A stretch of 64,000 nucleotides of DNA, from contig CAWJPJ010000006.1 in the NCBI GenBank assembly GCA_963844715.1, positions 1,120,001-1,184,000 on the forward strand, written 5' to 3'. Both the position numbers and the translations under genes were made by a program. Positions 22,168 to 33,248 of this stretch are shown in pieces. Below the pieces are notes generated by a model, which was given only the letters and a program-made list of their open reading frames with translations, ran no database searches and was not told the origin of the DNA. The stretch comes from an uncultured Phycisphaerales bacterium (GTDB lineage Bacteria; Planctomycetota; Phycisphaerae; Tepidisphaerales; Tepidisphaeraceae). Position 1 is the first letter of the stretch, and each line of letters starts with the position of its first letter.

Positions 22168-22612
22168 TAGAAACTTGAGACTAGAAACTTGAGGCTAGAG
22201 GCTAGGCACGAAGGCACGAAGGGTGGAAAATTCAGATGCAAGAAAAAGGGTGGAGGGAGGTCGCCGCGGCGACCTGGAGGAGTAGAGGAGTGGAGCAGTT
22301 GAGCAGTGGAGCGGCGCGCCCTTCGACTTGGCTCAGGGCGGGGGAAAAATAAATCATTTTCGAAAAAAGAGTGGGGTTAGGTCGCGGGACGACCTGGAGG
22401 GTAGAAGGTTGAGAGTAGAAGGGAGAGCTAGAGGGAGAAAAATAAATCGAATTCGGAAAAATAGGTGGGTAGAGGCTGCACAGCGGATTTTCGGTTCGAA
22501 CGGTGATTGGCGGATTTTTTGGGGGAAGTCTTTTGGGGGGCTGGGGTTGGGGTGTTTGATTAATGTTAAAAAGACATGAGTTGCCAGTTGCGAGTTGCCA
22601 GTTGCCAGTTGG
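22168..22612. repeat. Cluster of short tandem repeats and degenerate direct repeats
   Basis: tagaaacttgagac/tagaaacttgaggc, gcacgaag x2, GAAAAATAAATC...GAAAAA...GTGGG at 22344 and 22437, GGTCG...CGACCTGGAGG x2, (GTTGCCA)n at 22578. Confidence 0.7.
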
Positions 22613-23582
22613 TCAGGGGAGAAGAGGGGCCACTTGGGGGCTGAAAAGGGCGGTGGGAGAAAGAATAAAAGAAAATGCATATGTTGATAGCAAGAAGATT
22701 TAATTTCTTGGGTGGGCGCAAAAGATGGCAGAATAAAGAGATAAGAATGCGATGATAAATATCAAAAAATCGATATTTGAATTTTCGGGGAATTATTTTG
22801 GTGGGTTGTTCTGTTGGGAGAATTCGCGCGGCGCCAGGTGTTGGCCGCGGGGAATACCTGGGGGGTCGCAGCGCTGCGGCGGTGGGGAACCGACTGATGA
22901 GCCTCGTCGCCTCAATCGTAGTCCTTATCGATGCTTTTTTTTCGTACTTGTCGGTGACGACATTCGTGTCGATCGGGTCGATCGGCTCGTATATCAAAGT
23001 CCCTCTCCGATGTGAGAACTGTTGGCTGGCCGGTTTTGAATTCGGGTGACCCGTTTGCGAATTGGGGAATCATGGGAGTCGTCGCCTGCGGCGGCGGGTG
23101 CTGAGGCGTTTCGCCTTCACGGCGACCTCGGTTCGACAGCGCTCGCCGGAGCCAAACGCGTCCTTCATAGCCCCGGCTTGAATGGTGTGCGATGGATCAT
23201 GAGACTTGCGGTCAAGGGGATTAGCGGTTTGCGCTTTTGGGAGATTTTTTGGCGGGGGTTTTGCGGTTCTTGGCGGGGGATTTAGATTTGGGTGGGTACG
23301 AATCTTTTTTGGCGGAAGACTTTTGCGCGGCAGCGCCGGAGTAGTTGAGGGCGGCGCTGCGGGAGGCGTGCGCGTGCGGAAGCGGGGGTACCAATACCCC
23401 AACGGATGGCTATCCGCTGGCTTTGGCAGAGGGAGGGAGGGATGATCCGGGGCAACAAGTTACCCCGGCTTCGGGGGGAATTTTGCGTGGTGGCGCGGTT
23501 CGAGCGCGCTGATCGCGGTCCGTGGGCGTTTGGGGGGGGACGCGCGGTGCTTTGCACGCGCGGCTAAATATGGGGGTGGTGG

Positions 23583-24655
23583 TTAGCTTTTTCCGGTGGC
23601 TTTTCCCAGGACGAAACCGACGAGGAAGAAGACTACTGAGACGGCTACGCCTGCGCCGGCGAGGACGAGGAAGCCGTAGGTGGCGACCTGTTGCATGATT
23701 GTGGGGGCCGTATCCAAGACTCCGGTGATTAGGGCGAAGGCGCCGAAGATTACGAAGATCGTCGCGCCGAGGGCCGCGGCGCCGAAGGCGGCGGACATGG
23801 GGTCGGGCTTTTCGACGTAAGTCAGGATCACGGGCGGCGCCGCCTTGCGCTTGGCGGCCGACGCCTGCGACTCCTGCGACGCTTCTCGTTCCGCTCATTC
23901 CTGCCAGGCTGCCGCTCATACTTCCGCCGAGGCTTCCGGCCATGCTGCCGGCCATGCTCCCACCGACGGATGCCGTTCCGCTTCGGCTCTTTTGGATATT
24001 GGTGCCGCTGGCGCTGGGGGCAATTTCATCGAGCAGTTCCGCGCCGAGGCTGGTGTCGTCGCTTTCCTTGGTGAGATCGAGAAGGCCGGAACCTGAGCCG
24101 ACGGCTTCGATATTCATCTGATCCGCATGGCTTGGGGAGACGGATGTCTGCGCGGCCGGATCGACTCGATCCACTTCATCGTTCTGGAAAACGTCGATGC
24201 CGGCCTTGCTTCCCTGCGCCATTCCGGCGCCGGTTGCGCTGGGTCCGCTGGGCATGCCGGAGGCCGATTTTGCGGGGGAGGGCATTCCGCCGACCGATCC
24301 GCTCAAGCCTAAATCCTGCCGCCAGGGCCGTGTCTTCCTTCAGGGTCATTCCCGCGCCGGGGCTGCGGCCGCTTTCATCGACGAGGGTCAGGCCGGTTCC
24401 GCTCATTCCCTTGCTGCTGTCCGCCAAGCCGATTGCCATGGCGCTTCCGCTGTCCGATGGGCCCAAATCCTTCGCGTCGACATTTCCTTCGGCAATTTCC
24501 GCGCGCAGGGACTCGACCTGGTCCGCCTTGAACATCAATCGCTGTCCGTCGCGGAATTCCCGCAGCCGCCCTTCCCTGGCGAACTGCTTAATCTCTTCGT
24601 CATTTTTCCCGAGCGCGGCTTTCGCCTCGTCGAGCGTGTAAAACATCTTGGCCAT
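23583..24655 (-). CDS. Protein with N-terminal excisionase-like HTH, low-complexity linker and two C-terminal TM helices (frameshifted)
   Basis: MAKMFYTLDEAKAALGKNDEEIKQFAREGRLREFRDGQRLMFKADQV; SGSGLLDLTKESDDTSLGAELLDEI; hydrophobic C-terminus in 23583..23831. Confidence 0.75.
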
Positions 24656-24723
24656 GCTAGATCCTAGAAGTTTGAGGCTAGAGACTAGAGTGTCACCGAT
24701 ACCATTTTAGCAAATCTGCCGCG

Positions 24724-25155
24724 TTACTTTCCATCGGGAGGGGACGAATCCTCGCCGGTCTGGGTTTGTTTGCCGTTGTTTTGATCTTCCACCAGTTTTT
24801 TCACGTCATAAGCCGGGGGAAACGTGTCGTAGTTCTTCAGTTGCAGGTCATACTGGTAGTCCCGCGCTGCGGTGAGCACGAGGGCTTTGTCTCCCGAGCG
24901 ATATTCATATACGCACATGGTTCCATGCTCGACGTCCACCAGAAAGCACCCCCACACGTTGGGATGCAACTGGCAGGGCATGACGAACACGCCATTCCCG
25001 CCGGTGATCGGCAGCTGCGGCGGCATGTCGGCCAGGGCCGGCGCGTCCATCCCTCGACCCTTGCCCAGAAGCACGATCAGAATTCCCAACAACAACGCCG
25101 CATTGGCATACAATGCCACGGCTACGACGCTGGGAGTGCGGGGATGGCTCATCAA
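24724..25155 (-). CDS. Hypothetical membrane-anchored protein
   Basis: 143-aa ORF with N-terminal TM helix and non-repetitive C-terminal domain. Confidence 0.7.
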   Translation of the reverse strand: MMSHPRTPSVVAVALYANAALLLGILIVLLGKGRGMDAPALADMPPQLPITGGNGVFVMPCQLHPNVWGCFLVDVEHGTMCVYEYRSGDKALVLTAARDYQYDLQLKNYDTFPPAYDVKKLVEDQNNGKQTQTGEDSSPPDGK

Positions 25156-25282
25156 ACGAACGTCGACCCTAAATATCTGACCAGGAATTCGGGGGCTGGG
25201 CAGTCGCCCAATTCTGCCGTATCTTAGCCGACTGCACGTTCGCCGAGCAAGGAATTCTTAAGCTATAGAGACCCGATAAATA

Positions 25283-26157
25283 GTGCTCAATGCCGCCGAT
25301 ACATCCGCCCCACGCCATTCCGCCCCCGCGGCCCGGCGGGGCCATGCCCTACCGCCAGATGTCCAACCCCAAATCCGCGTCGAAAAACCCGGCCCCTGGC
25401 TGCAATTGGGCTCGTCGGCGGGCTTTGAATGGACGGTTCTGGACCTCCCCATCCCCAATCTCCCGGAAGACCTCGTTGGCCTGCGGCTCCTGCACCTCAG
25501 CGATTTCCACGCTCGGAACCTCTGGGACCCGGCGTATGACCACCTCATCGAGCGGGTCACGCAGAATCGCCCCGACTTGATCGTCTTTACCGGCGATTTC
25601 GTCGACAACAAGCGCGACCATCGCCCGGGGCTGCCGACGGCGAGAAAGCTAATCAATTCGCTCCACGGCCGCCTGGGGACGGTTGCGATTCTCGGCAATC
25701 ATGATGGCGCCGTCGCGCCGGCCATGCACACGAACTGGATGTCAATCTCATCGACCATCGCCGCGTGCTCGTGCCCGTGGGCAATTCCAATATCGAACTG
25801 ATCGGACTTGGCGGGCTTGACCGGCTGGATCTTGATCTCGCATTCATCGGGTCCATCGAGGAAAAGTCGCCTGGCAATCTGCGCATCATCCTTTCGCATT
25901 TCCCTGATTTGATCCGCCGGTGCCTACCTTTGAGCCCCGATATTTATCTGTGCGGCCATAGTCACGGCGGACAAGTCTGTTTTCCGAATCGTCGGCCGAT
26001 CCTCCGGCACGATTCGCTCCCCCACCATCTTTGCACGGGCATCCACCGGGCCTATGGCACGTGGATGATCGCCAACCGGGGGCTGGGGTTTTCGTCGTTT
26101 CGAATTCGCGTTTTCTGCCCGGCCGAGGTAATTGAAATCCGGTTGGCTAAACTGTAA
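25283..26157 (+). CDS. Calcineurin-like metallophosphoesterase (YkuE-like; frameshifted)
   Basis: HLSDFH; FTGDFVD; LGNHD; LSHFPD; CGHSHGGQV; NRGLG motifs. Confidence 0.92.
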
Positions 26158-26168
26158 TGGGAAGGTGA

Positions 26169-26582
26169 ATGCCAAAAACCGAATCGCGCAGCAAACCCGA
26201 AGCCCCACCCGCCACCCCCACTGAGCAGGAAGCCGCGCGCATCGCCGCCAGCCGCGAGTTTGCGATCGAGATCGCGCGGCTCGCGCAGAACACGCGCTGC
26301 CATAACATTCTGATCCTCGAGATGGCATCCGTCTGCCCGGTGACCGATTATTTCGTCATCGCCACAGGGACCAGCGCCCGGCAGATGCGCACGGTGTGCG
26401 ATCAGATCGACGAGATGGCGGAAAAGATGAATTTCAAATGCTTCCGCCGCAGCGGGTACGAAGCGTCAACATGGATCGCGGCGGATTATGTGGATGTGGT
26501 GGTGCATATTTTCGATGGGGAGGCCAGGGCGTATTACGATCTGGAAAATCTTTGGGGGGACGCGAAGAGGATTGGGTTTTAA
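26169..26582 (+). CDS. rsfS: Ribosome silencing factor RsfS
   Basis: TDYFVIATGTSARQ...WIAADYVDVVVHIF...RAYYDLENLWGDA. Confidence 0.95.
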   Translation: MPKTESRSKPEAPPATPTEQEAARIAASREFAIEIARLAQNTRCHNILILEMASVCPVTDYFVIATGTSARQMRTVCDQIDEMAEKMNFKCFRRSGYEASTWIAADYVDVVVHIFDGEARAYYDLENLWGDAKRIGF

Positions 26583-26732
26583 GGCGCTGCGGGTTGATTT
26601 GGCTGCCTCGATGTCTTTCGTGATTGGATCACAGCAGTCACCAGCCCGAGCAATACCAAATCCCTCACCAATCCGAATCGGTTGCTCGCCGCGGCGTCCG
26701 CCGTTCGTTTCATGTTTCCGAAACATTCATAC

Positions 26733-29700
26733 TCACGCCGCGTTGGCGCCGCAGCATTTCTTGTACTTCTTCCCGCTTCCGCAGGGGCATAGATCGTTGC
26801 GTCCGACCTTGGGGGCATCGCGCACGATCGGCTTCACGGCGCCGGCTCCCTGGGTGCGATCGGAGGCTTCCTGCATTTCTCCTTTGGCTCCCACCGCGCC
26901 GACCGGTCCGACGGCCGCGGCGGTGGCGGCGACATTTTCCTTGACGCCGTAACCTCCGGTTGATTCGTGCACGGCGGCGGTTTCCTTGTAGGCGCTGCGG
27001 GTTTCGGCAGCCCCGACCACGCGGGCGCGGAAGATCAGGTCGGTCACTTTGTCGCGCACGGAGGCCATCATTTCCTGGAAGAATCGATACCCTTCTTTTT
27101 TGTACTGAACGCGCGGGTCCTCTTCGGCGAACGCCATCAGGCCGATGCCGGCCTTGAGCATGTCCATCGCGTAGAGATGGTCTTTCCAGGTCTGGTCGAA
27201 GATCTGGATGAGGACGAACTGTTCCAGATCCGTGAGTTCGCCGCGGATGAACTGGCGGCCGCGATTCAGGACGATTTCCCGAACCTGCTCGGGCGTGCCC
27301 GGGACGGCGAGCACCGGGCCGTCGTTGTCGTCGGGATTGAGGCGGATCAGAAAATCCTTATCGGTGAGTTTCAGCCCGAACCGTTCGTTGACGGCGCGGC
27401 GCAGCGATTCCTTTTCCGGATTTTGCGCGATCAGGTCGTCGACCGTCTTTTCGAGTTTCCCGCCGGTGAGGAATTCTCGCTGGGACGCGATGAGTTCCTC
27501 GCGCGAGCTTGGGAATTCCGACAGTTCGCACGTGGTCGAGGGACATCTGCACGCCGAATTTCTTCATGGCCCAGTCACGGATGTACTCGGCGATGTAGGG
27601 ATTATCCGCCGACGCCTCGACCCCGCCGAAGGCGAGCGTCAGGGCGTGATCCACGGGGTACTCGATTTCGCGCTGCGAATAGGCGGCCCGCGCCTTGGTC
27701 TCGATGAACGCCGCGATATCCTCGGAATTCTTGGGCGTGCGGCTTTTCACGTCGAGCATGAAGTCCTCGGCCGAAATCTTCAGCCCGAATTTCTCGTTGG
27801 CCCAGTTCGCCAGTTCGCGTTCGGCGTAGAGCGGCTCGAGGTATTTGAGCAAACCCGCGCAGCTGCGCTGCTCGATCTGCTCGACCGCAGCGAGCCGAAG
27901 CTTCTCCTCCAGTTCCCGCACATTGAGCTGCCGAACCTGGTTCTGAGATAGATGGACGTGAAAACGGCTCATCGCCCAGCTTTGCAGGCCCTTGGTATCC
28001 CACTGCTTGGTGTCCTCGGCGTCCTCTCCGGTGAACTCCGCGAGGGTCGCGGTCAGATTGGTTTCGGCCTCGGAGCGGGCCTGCGATTTGATGTACGACT
28101 CGAGTTCGTCGATCGACCTGCGGCCGATGAAGTCGGACGAATCGAGCGAGGTGGTGTCGAAATTCACGCGCGACCACTCGGCGATCGTCGCCGCCACGAA
28201 ATCCTTGGTGATATATTTCTCGACGGCGTCGTCGATCGACTCGCCGATCATGTCCCAGATGACCTGGTCCACGGCGGTCCCGACCAGCACGCGCTGCCGC
28301 ATTCCGTAGAACGTGTTCCGCTGATGATTGATCACCTCGTCGTATTCCAGGAGATTCTTGCGCGCCAGGTAGTTTCGCTCCTCGACCTTTTTCTGGGCGC
28401 GCAGGATTCCCTTTGAGATTCGCTTGTCCTCGATGGCCATCCCCTCTCCCATGCCAAGCCAGCCGAGGACCTTGATCGTCCACTCGCCGGCGAACATCTT
28501 CATCAGGTCGTCCTGAAGGCTGACGTAGAACCGCGACGACCCCGGGTCTCCCTGGCGTCCGCCGCGGCCGCGAAGCTGGTTGTCGATTCGCCGCGCCGTA
28601 TGCCGTTCCGTGCCGATGACGTGGAGGCCACCGGCCTTTTTCGTCTCGTCGATGAGTTTGATGTCCGTGCCGCGGCCGGCCATGTTCGTCGCGATCGTCA
28701 CGTTTCCGACGATCTGCCCGTGGGCGTTCTTATGACTGCTGTCCCGCCACGCCCACGATCTGCGCCTCGCGCTCGTGGTGCTTGGCGTTGAGGACCTCGT
28801 GCTCGATCCCGTACTTCCGCTTCAGCATGGTCGAGAGCATTTCGCTGTTTTCGACGCTGGTCGTGCCCACCAGGATCGGGCGGCCCTTCTCGTGCTCGGC
28901 CTTGATCTCCTCGATGATGGCTTCCCATTTCTCCTTTGCGGTTCGGTAAACGCGATCCTCGTGATCCGCGCGGGCGACCGGGCGGTTGGTCGGGATGGTC
29001 ACCACGTCCAGACTGTAAATCTTGCCGAATTCCTCGGCCTCGGTCTGCGCCGTTCCGGTCATCCCGGAAAGGGACTTGTACATCTTGAAGAAATTCTGGA
29101 GCGTGACGGTCGCCAGGGTTTGCGTTTCTTCCTTGATCGGCACGTGCTTCCTTGGCCTCGGTCGCCTGGTGCAGGCCGTCCGACCATTGCCGGCCGACCA
29201 TTTTCCGCCCCGTATATTCGTCGACGATGACGACTTCCATCTCCCCCTTCTGGCCGCGCTCGACGACGTAATCCTTGTCCCGCTCGTAAACCACATGGGC
29301 TTGCATGGACTGTTCCATCAGATGCGGCCATTCCATGTTGTTCCCGACGATAGAAGCTGCCGACACCGGCCGCTTCCTGCGCCGCGGCGATTCCTTCGTG
29401 AGTGAGATGCACGCTTTTGCGGTCCAACTCAACTTCGTAGTATTGGGTCAATCCGTCCTGGCGCTTCTGGGCATCCTCGAGCTGGCGTTCCGCCTCGGCG
29501 TGGCGTTTCCGGGCCGCGGCGGCATCGGCGCTGTTCTTCGCGTTCGATTCATCCCCTTCCGCCGCCTTGATCGAGCGCACTGCGCCGCCTGGACGATTTC
29601 CTCCGCCGCGTTCCAGGGCTTGTTCAGCTCAATCACCTTCCGCGCCACGGCGTCGGCGGCTCGATATTTCCCCGCATCGTCGTGCGCGGCACCGCTGATG

Positions 29701-30579
29701 ATCAGCGGCGTGCGCGCCTCGTCGATCAGGATCGAGTCCACTTCGTCCACGACGACGAATTCCAGCGGCCCCTGCACCTGAAGCGCGGCCCGTTCCTTCA
29801 TGTTGTCGCGCAGATAATCGAAGCCGAATTCCGCGTTGGTTCCGTAGGTCACATCCGAACCATACGCCGCTCGGCGCGCATCGCCGCCCGGGGCCATTTC
29901 GGTCTGGATGAATCCGACGGTTAGTCCCAGATTCTCAAAGGCCGGCCGAACCCACATCGCGTCGCGCCGGACCAGGTAATCGTTCACCGTGACCACGTGG
30001 CAATGATTCCCCTCCAGCACGCGCATGAAACATGCCAGCGGAGCGACGAAGGTTTTGCCCTCGCCCGTGGCCATTTCGGCGATCTTGCCTTCGTATAGAA
30101 CCAGACCCCCGATGAACTGCACGTCAAAGCAGCGGCACCGGAACGGCGGGCGGCTTTCGGGATAAATCTTGCGAACCGCATCGTAAATCTTCAGCGGAAT
30201 CGGCACCGTGCCGCCAGGATTGCCCCGTCCCGATCAGGGTCTGCTGCACCTGGTCGTAAACCTCCAGCATCTTGTCGTCGAACTGATCGGGATCGAAATG
30301 ATTCTCCGGATCGAAGATGGCCCGGATGCCGATGTTGCGGTCCATCGACTCGCGAATGATCCCGAACACCTCCGGCAGGACTTCGCTGCGCCGGATTTTT
30401 CCGCTGGTGAGCTGCTGGCGAATCTCCGCGGTGCGCTCGCGCAACTGCTGATCCGTCTTGACGCGAACTTGCGGTTCGATCGCGTTGATCTGATCCACGA
30501 CGCGGTGATACCGCTTCAAAAGCCGTTCATTGCGGCTGCCGAAAACTTTGGTCAGCGTCTTGCTAAAATTAATTGCCAT
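26733..30579 (-). CDS. secA: Preprotein translocase ATPase SecA (about 1280 codons; several frameshifts)
   Basis: [81 protein letters not shown]-terminal [18 protein letters not shown]. Confidence 0.97.
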
Positions 30580-30653
30580 GACACCCCTCCCTATCGGGGG
30601 ATTAAGAAAAGGGACGAATCGATTAAACTAGAAACTGAAAAGCGCCGGCCGAA

Positions 30654-30946
30654 TCAGCACAGCGGGGGAGGGAGGCGGAAATCAAAGGGGGAGAGATGAA
30701 TCGCCGAGGCGATTCGAACCGTCCTGGCGACGGAGACGGGGATGGCGGCGGGCTTGAGGTTGGTCACTCGCGGCTGGTACATCCGCAGGGGCGGCATGGC
30801 CCGCCGGAGCGACACTTCCAGGCGCTGAAAATCCGCCCCGCGACTTCCATTGCCGGCCGCTCGACGGGGGCGGCCATGCTAACGCGATCGGCGCATAAGG
30901 CCGTCGCCAAAAGAGTTACCGCGATGAAGTGCCTGGAACGTCGCAT
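30654..30946 (-). CDS. Secreted uORF upstream of secA ending in RLPPP (putative SecM-like arrest peptide; one homopolymer frameshift)
   Basis: Signal peptide MRRSRHFIAVTLLATALCADRVSMA; restoring one T at 30828-30831 gives a 97-aa ORF ending HLSPFDFRLPPPLC*, 74 nt before the secA ATG. Confidence 0.65.
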
Positions 30947-31074
30947 AGCTTCAGTGCCGCTAGCAATATCCCCCCATCCGCCGGAAGCGTCAAGTCCGGC
31001 CATTGCGTTAGAATTTTAGGCCTATTATCCTGCGGTTTCCGCCGCTTTTGGGCGCGTTGCGTCTGGAGGTTGTT

Positions 31075-31946
31075 ATGTTTCATCGTCCATCAAAGCTGGG
31101 CTGGATGAGATTCGCCGCCTTCTCGATGGCCTGCCTGGCCGCCGCGGCCGTCGTAAAAGCCGACGATTGGCAACCCTGGTCCGGCGCCGGAGCGCCGGTA
31201 GCGGGATCCTCAACGCCCGATAACCGAGGCACCTCGCAGCCCCTCGTTTACGATGTCGCTCCGGCTTTTGCCCGAGCCGCGACTGCCCAGGCCCAGTTCG
31301 ACCTTGCCTGGACGAACATGACCGCCGCCCAGATTCGCGCTCGCGCTCAGTTTGAGCATTCGCCCGAATACGTCGCCGCCCAGCGCGAATTGGCTGATGC
31401 GCAATCCGCGTACGACGGCGCCTGCGAGGCCGTCATCGCGGACCTCCTCAAAGACCCGGCGTATCACAAGCTCATCGAAAAGCGCACGCAGGTTCAAATC
31501 GCTTTGGATCAGCACCCGGCTGACAGCGCCGACGTGCAGGCCATCGCGCATTTGAAAATGGAATACAGCGCCGCCGCCAGCCGCATGGAAGCGGATGCGC
31601 TGGCCGGCGATTCACAAGTTCAAAACGCGAAAACCCGGCTCCTTGCCGGTCAGCAAGTCGTCGATAGCATGATCCAGCGATTCGAGGACGCCTTCGCCAA
31701 CCAGCCGGCCGTGGCATTCGCTTGGAGGAATTATCAGAACGCGATCGTCAACCAGGCCGGGCGCAAGGATATCTCCAGGGCGCACTGATCACGCGCGACG
31801 ACGTGAATAACGTGAACTATCTGCGTTACTCCCCCGCGCCTAACAACGTTTACTGCGGCGCGCCGTACTACCCGACCTGGTCGTATGGGTGCGGAATCAA
31901 TCCTTACTTTTTTGGGTACTATGGGATTGTGGTGAGACGATTCTAA
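31075..31946 (+). CDS. Secreted coiled-coil protein with Tyr/Gly-rich C-terminus (frameshifted)
   Basis: Signal peptide (MRFAAFSMACLAAAAVVKA), Ala/Gln-rich helices, tail in 31722..31946. Confidence 0.65.
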
Positions 31947-31973
31947 GGCGATCCATGGCTTTGGTCTCCGGGG

Positions 31974-32032
31974 ATTATAGCTAAATTAGCGAGTTTATCG
32001 AAATTCGATAAACTCGCTAATTTTGTTATAAT
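31974..32032. promoter_or_regulatory. Palindromic operator overlapping an extended -10 promoter (leaderless ATPase transcript)
   Basis: Perfect 20-1-20 inverted repeat 31983-32023; TGnTATAAT at 32024-32032, 7 nt before the ATG at 32040. Confidence 0.75.
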
Positions 32033-32039
32033 TCGATTC

Positions 32040-33233
32040 ATGAATCGTGTAACCAATCCTTTTGCGCCCGGGGCAGGGACTCCCCCACCTGAACTTGCCG
32101 GTCGCGATGACGTGCGCGAAACATTCCGCGTTGCCCTTGAGCGCGTGCGTCGAAGGCTGCCGACCAGGAGCGGTCTGATGGTCGGGTTGCGCGGGGTCGG
32201 AAAGACGGTCCTTTTGGACCGCATGCGAACGGACGCCGAAGCGGTTGGAATCCATACTTTGCGAATCGAGGCGCCGGAAGATCGTTCACTGCCAGCCCTC
32301 TTGGCTCCCGAAATCCGCAAAGCGCTGCTGAGGCTGTCCAGAAATAAAGCAGCGGCCGAACTCGCCAAGCGGTCGCTCAGCGCCCTCGCGGGATTCGCAA
32401 AGAGTCTCAAGGTTAAATACAAGGACATCGAAGTCGGATTCGACGCCGAGCCTCAGCCGGGCTTGGCCGATAACGGCGACCTCGAGCACGACTTGCAGGA
32501 TTTGTTTGCCTCTGCCGGGGAAGCCGCAGTTAAAGCCGACACTGCGCTGGCTATCTTTGCCGACGAATTGCAATACGTTAGGGAAGACGAACTGGCTGCT
32601 TTAATCACCTCCCTTCACCGTACAGCGCAACAACGTCTTCCGGTGGTCTTAATCGGTGCTGGACTACCGCAGTTGAGGGGAAGAATGGGTCGAGCAAAAT
32701 CCTATGCGGAACGGATGTTTGACTTCCCGGAGATTGGTCCGCTTTCGGCCGATTCAGCGCGACTTGCCATTGAAAAACCGCTTCGTGACAACAAAGTGGA
32801 TATATATCCAAATGCGCGTGAGCGCATCGTAGTCCAGACGCGCGGATATCCCTATTTCTTGCAGGAATGGGGGAAACACTCATGGAATGTAGCTGCCAAG
32901 TCTCCAATCATGGAAAGCGATGTGAAGGCAGCATCGAAGGAAGCGATAGCGGCTCTTGACGAAAGCTTTTTTAGCGTACGGTATGATCGCCTTACTCCGG
33001 CGGAAAAAAGATATCTGCGGGCAATGGCAGAATTGGGCCCCGGCCCACATCGCTCTGGAGATATTGCTGACCAATTGGATAGCGCCGTGACAGCGCTCGG
33101 ACCGGTAAGGGGCAAGCTCATTTCGAAAGGCATGATCTGGAGTCCAACTCACTGCGATACGGCCTTTACTGTTCCCCTCTTCGATGAATTTATGCGGCGG
33201 AAGATGCCGGGCATGGAATGGAAAACTTCGTAG
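32040..33233 (+). CDS. AAA/STAND-like ATPase with C-terminal winged helix
   Basis: NPFAPGAGTPPPELAGRD; GLRGVGKT Walker A; IFADELQ Walker B; GYPYFLQ; LTPAEKRYLRAMA...RGKLISKGMI...FTVPLFDEF. Confidence 0.9.
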   Translation: MNRVTNPFAPGAGTPPPELAGRDDVRETFRVALERVRRRLPTRSGLMVGLRGVGKTVLLDRMRTDAEAVGIHTLRIEAPEDRSLPALLAPEIRKALLRLSRNKAAAELAKRSLSALAGFAKSLKVKYKDIEVGFDAEPQPGLADNGDLEHDLQDLFASAGEAAVKADTALAIFADELQYVREDELAALITSLHRTAQQRLPVVLIGAGLPQLRGRMGRAKSYAERMFDFPEIGPLSADSARLAIEKPLRDNKVDIYPNARERIVVQTRGYPYFLQEWGKHSWNVAAKSPIMESDVKAASKEAIAALDESFFSVRYDRLTPAEKRYLRAMAELGPGPHRSGDIADQLDSAVTALGPVRGKLISKGMIWSPTHCDTAFTVPLFDEFMRRKMPGMEWKTS

Positions 33234-33248
33234 GTCGATTGATCCGCG

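Noticed and set aside
20801..22612. Possible CRISPR array
   Set aside because: No run of identical direct repeats with unique, equal-length spacers, and no cas genes
22566..23402. ORFs 22566..22997 and 23070..23402, and a CTGATGAG hammerhead-like core near 22895
   Set aside because: ORFs run into low-complexity repeats with no family motif; no GAAA core partner or closing stems for a hammerhead. A very short peptide from the TTG at 22997 cannot be excluded
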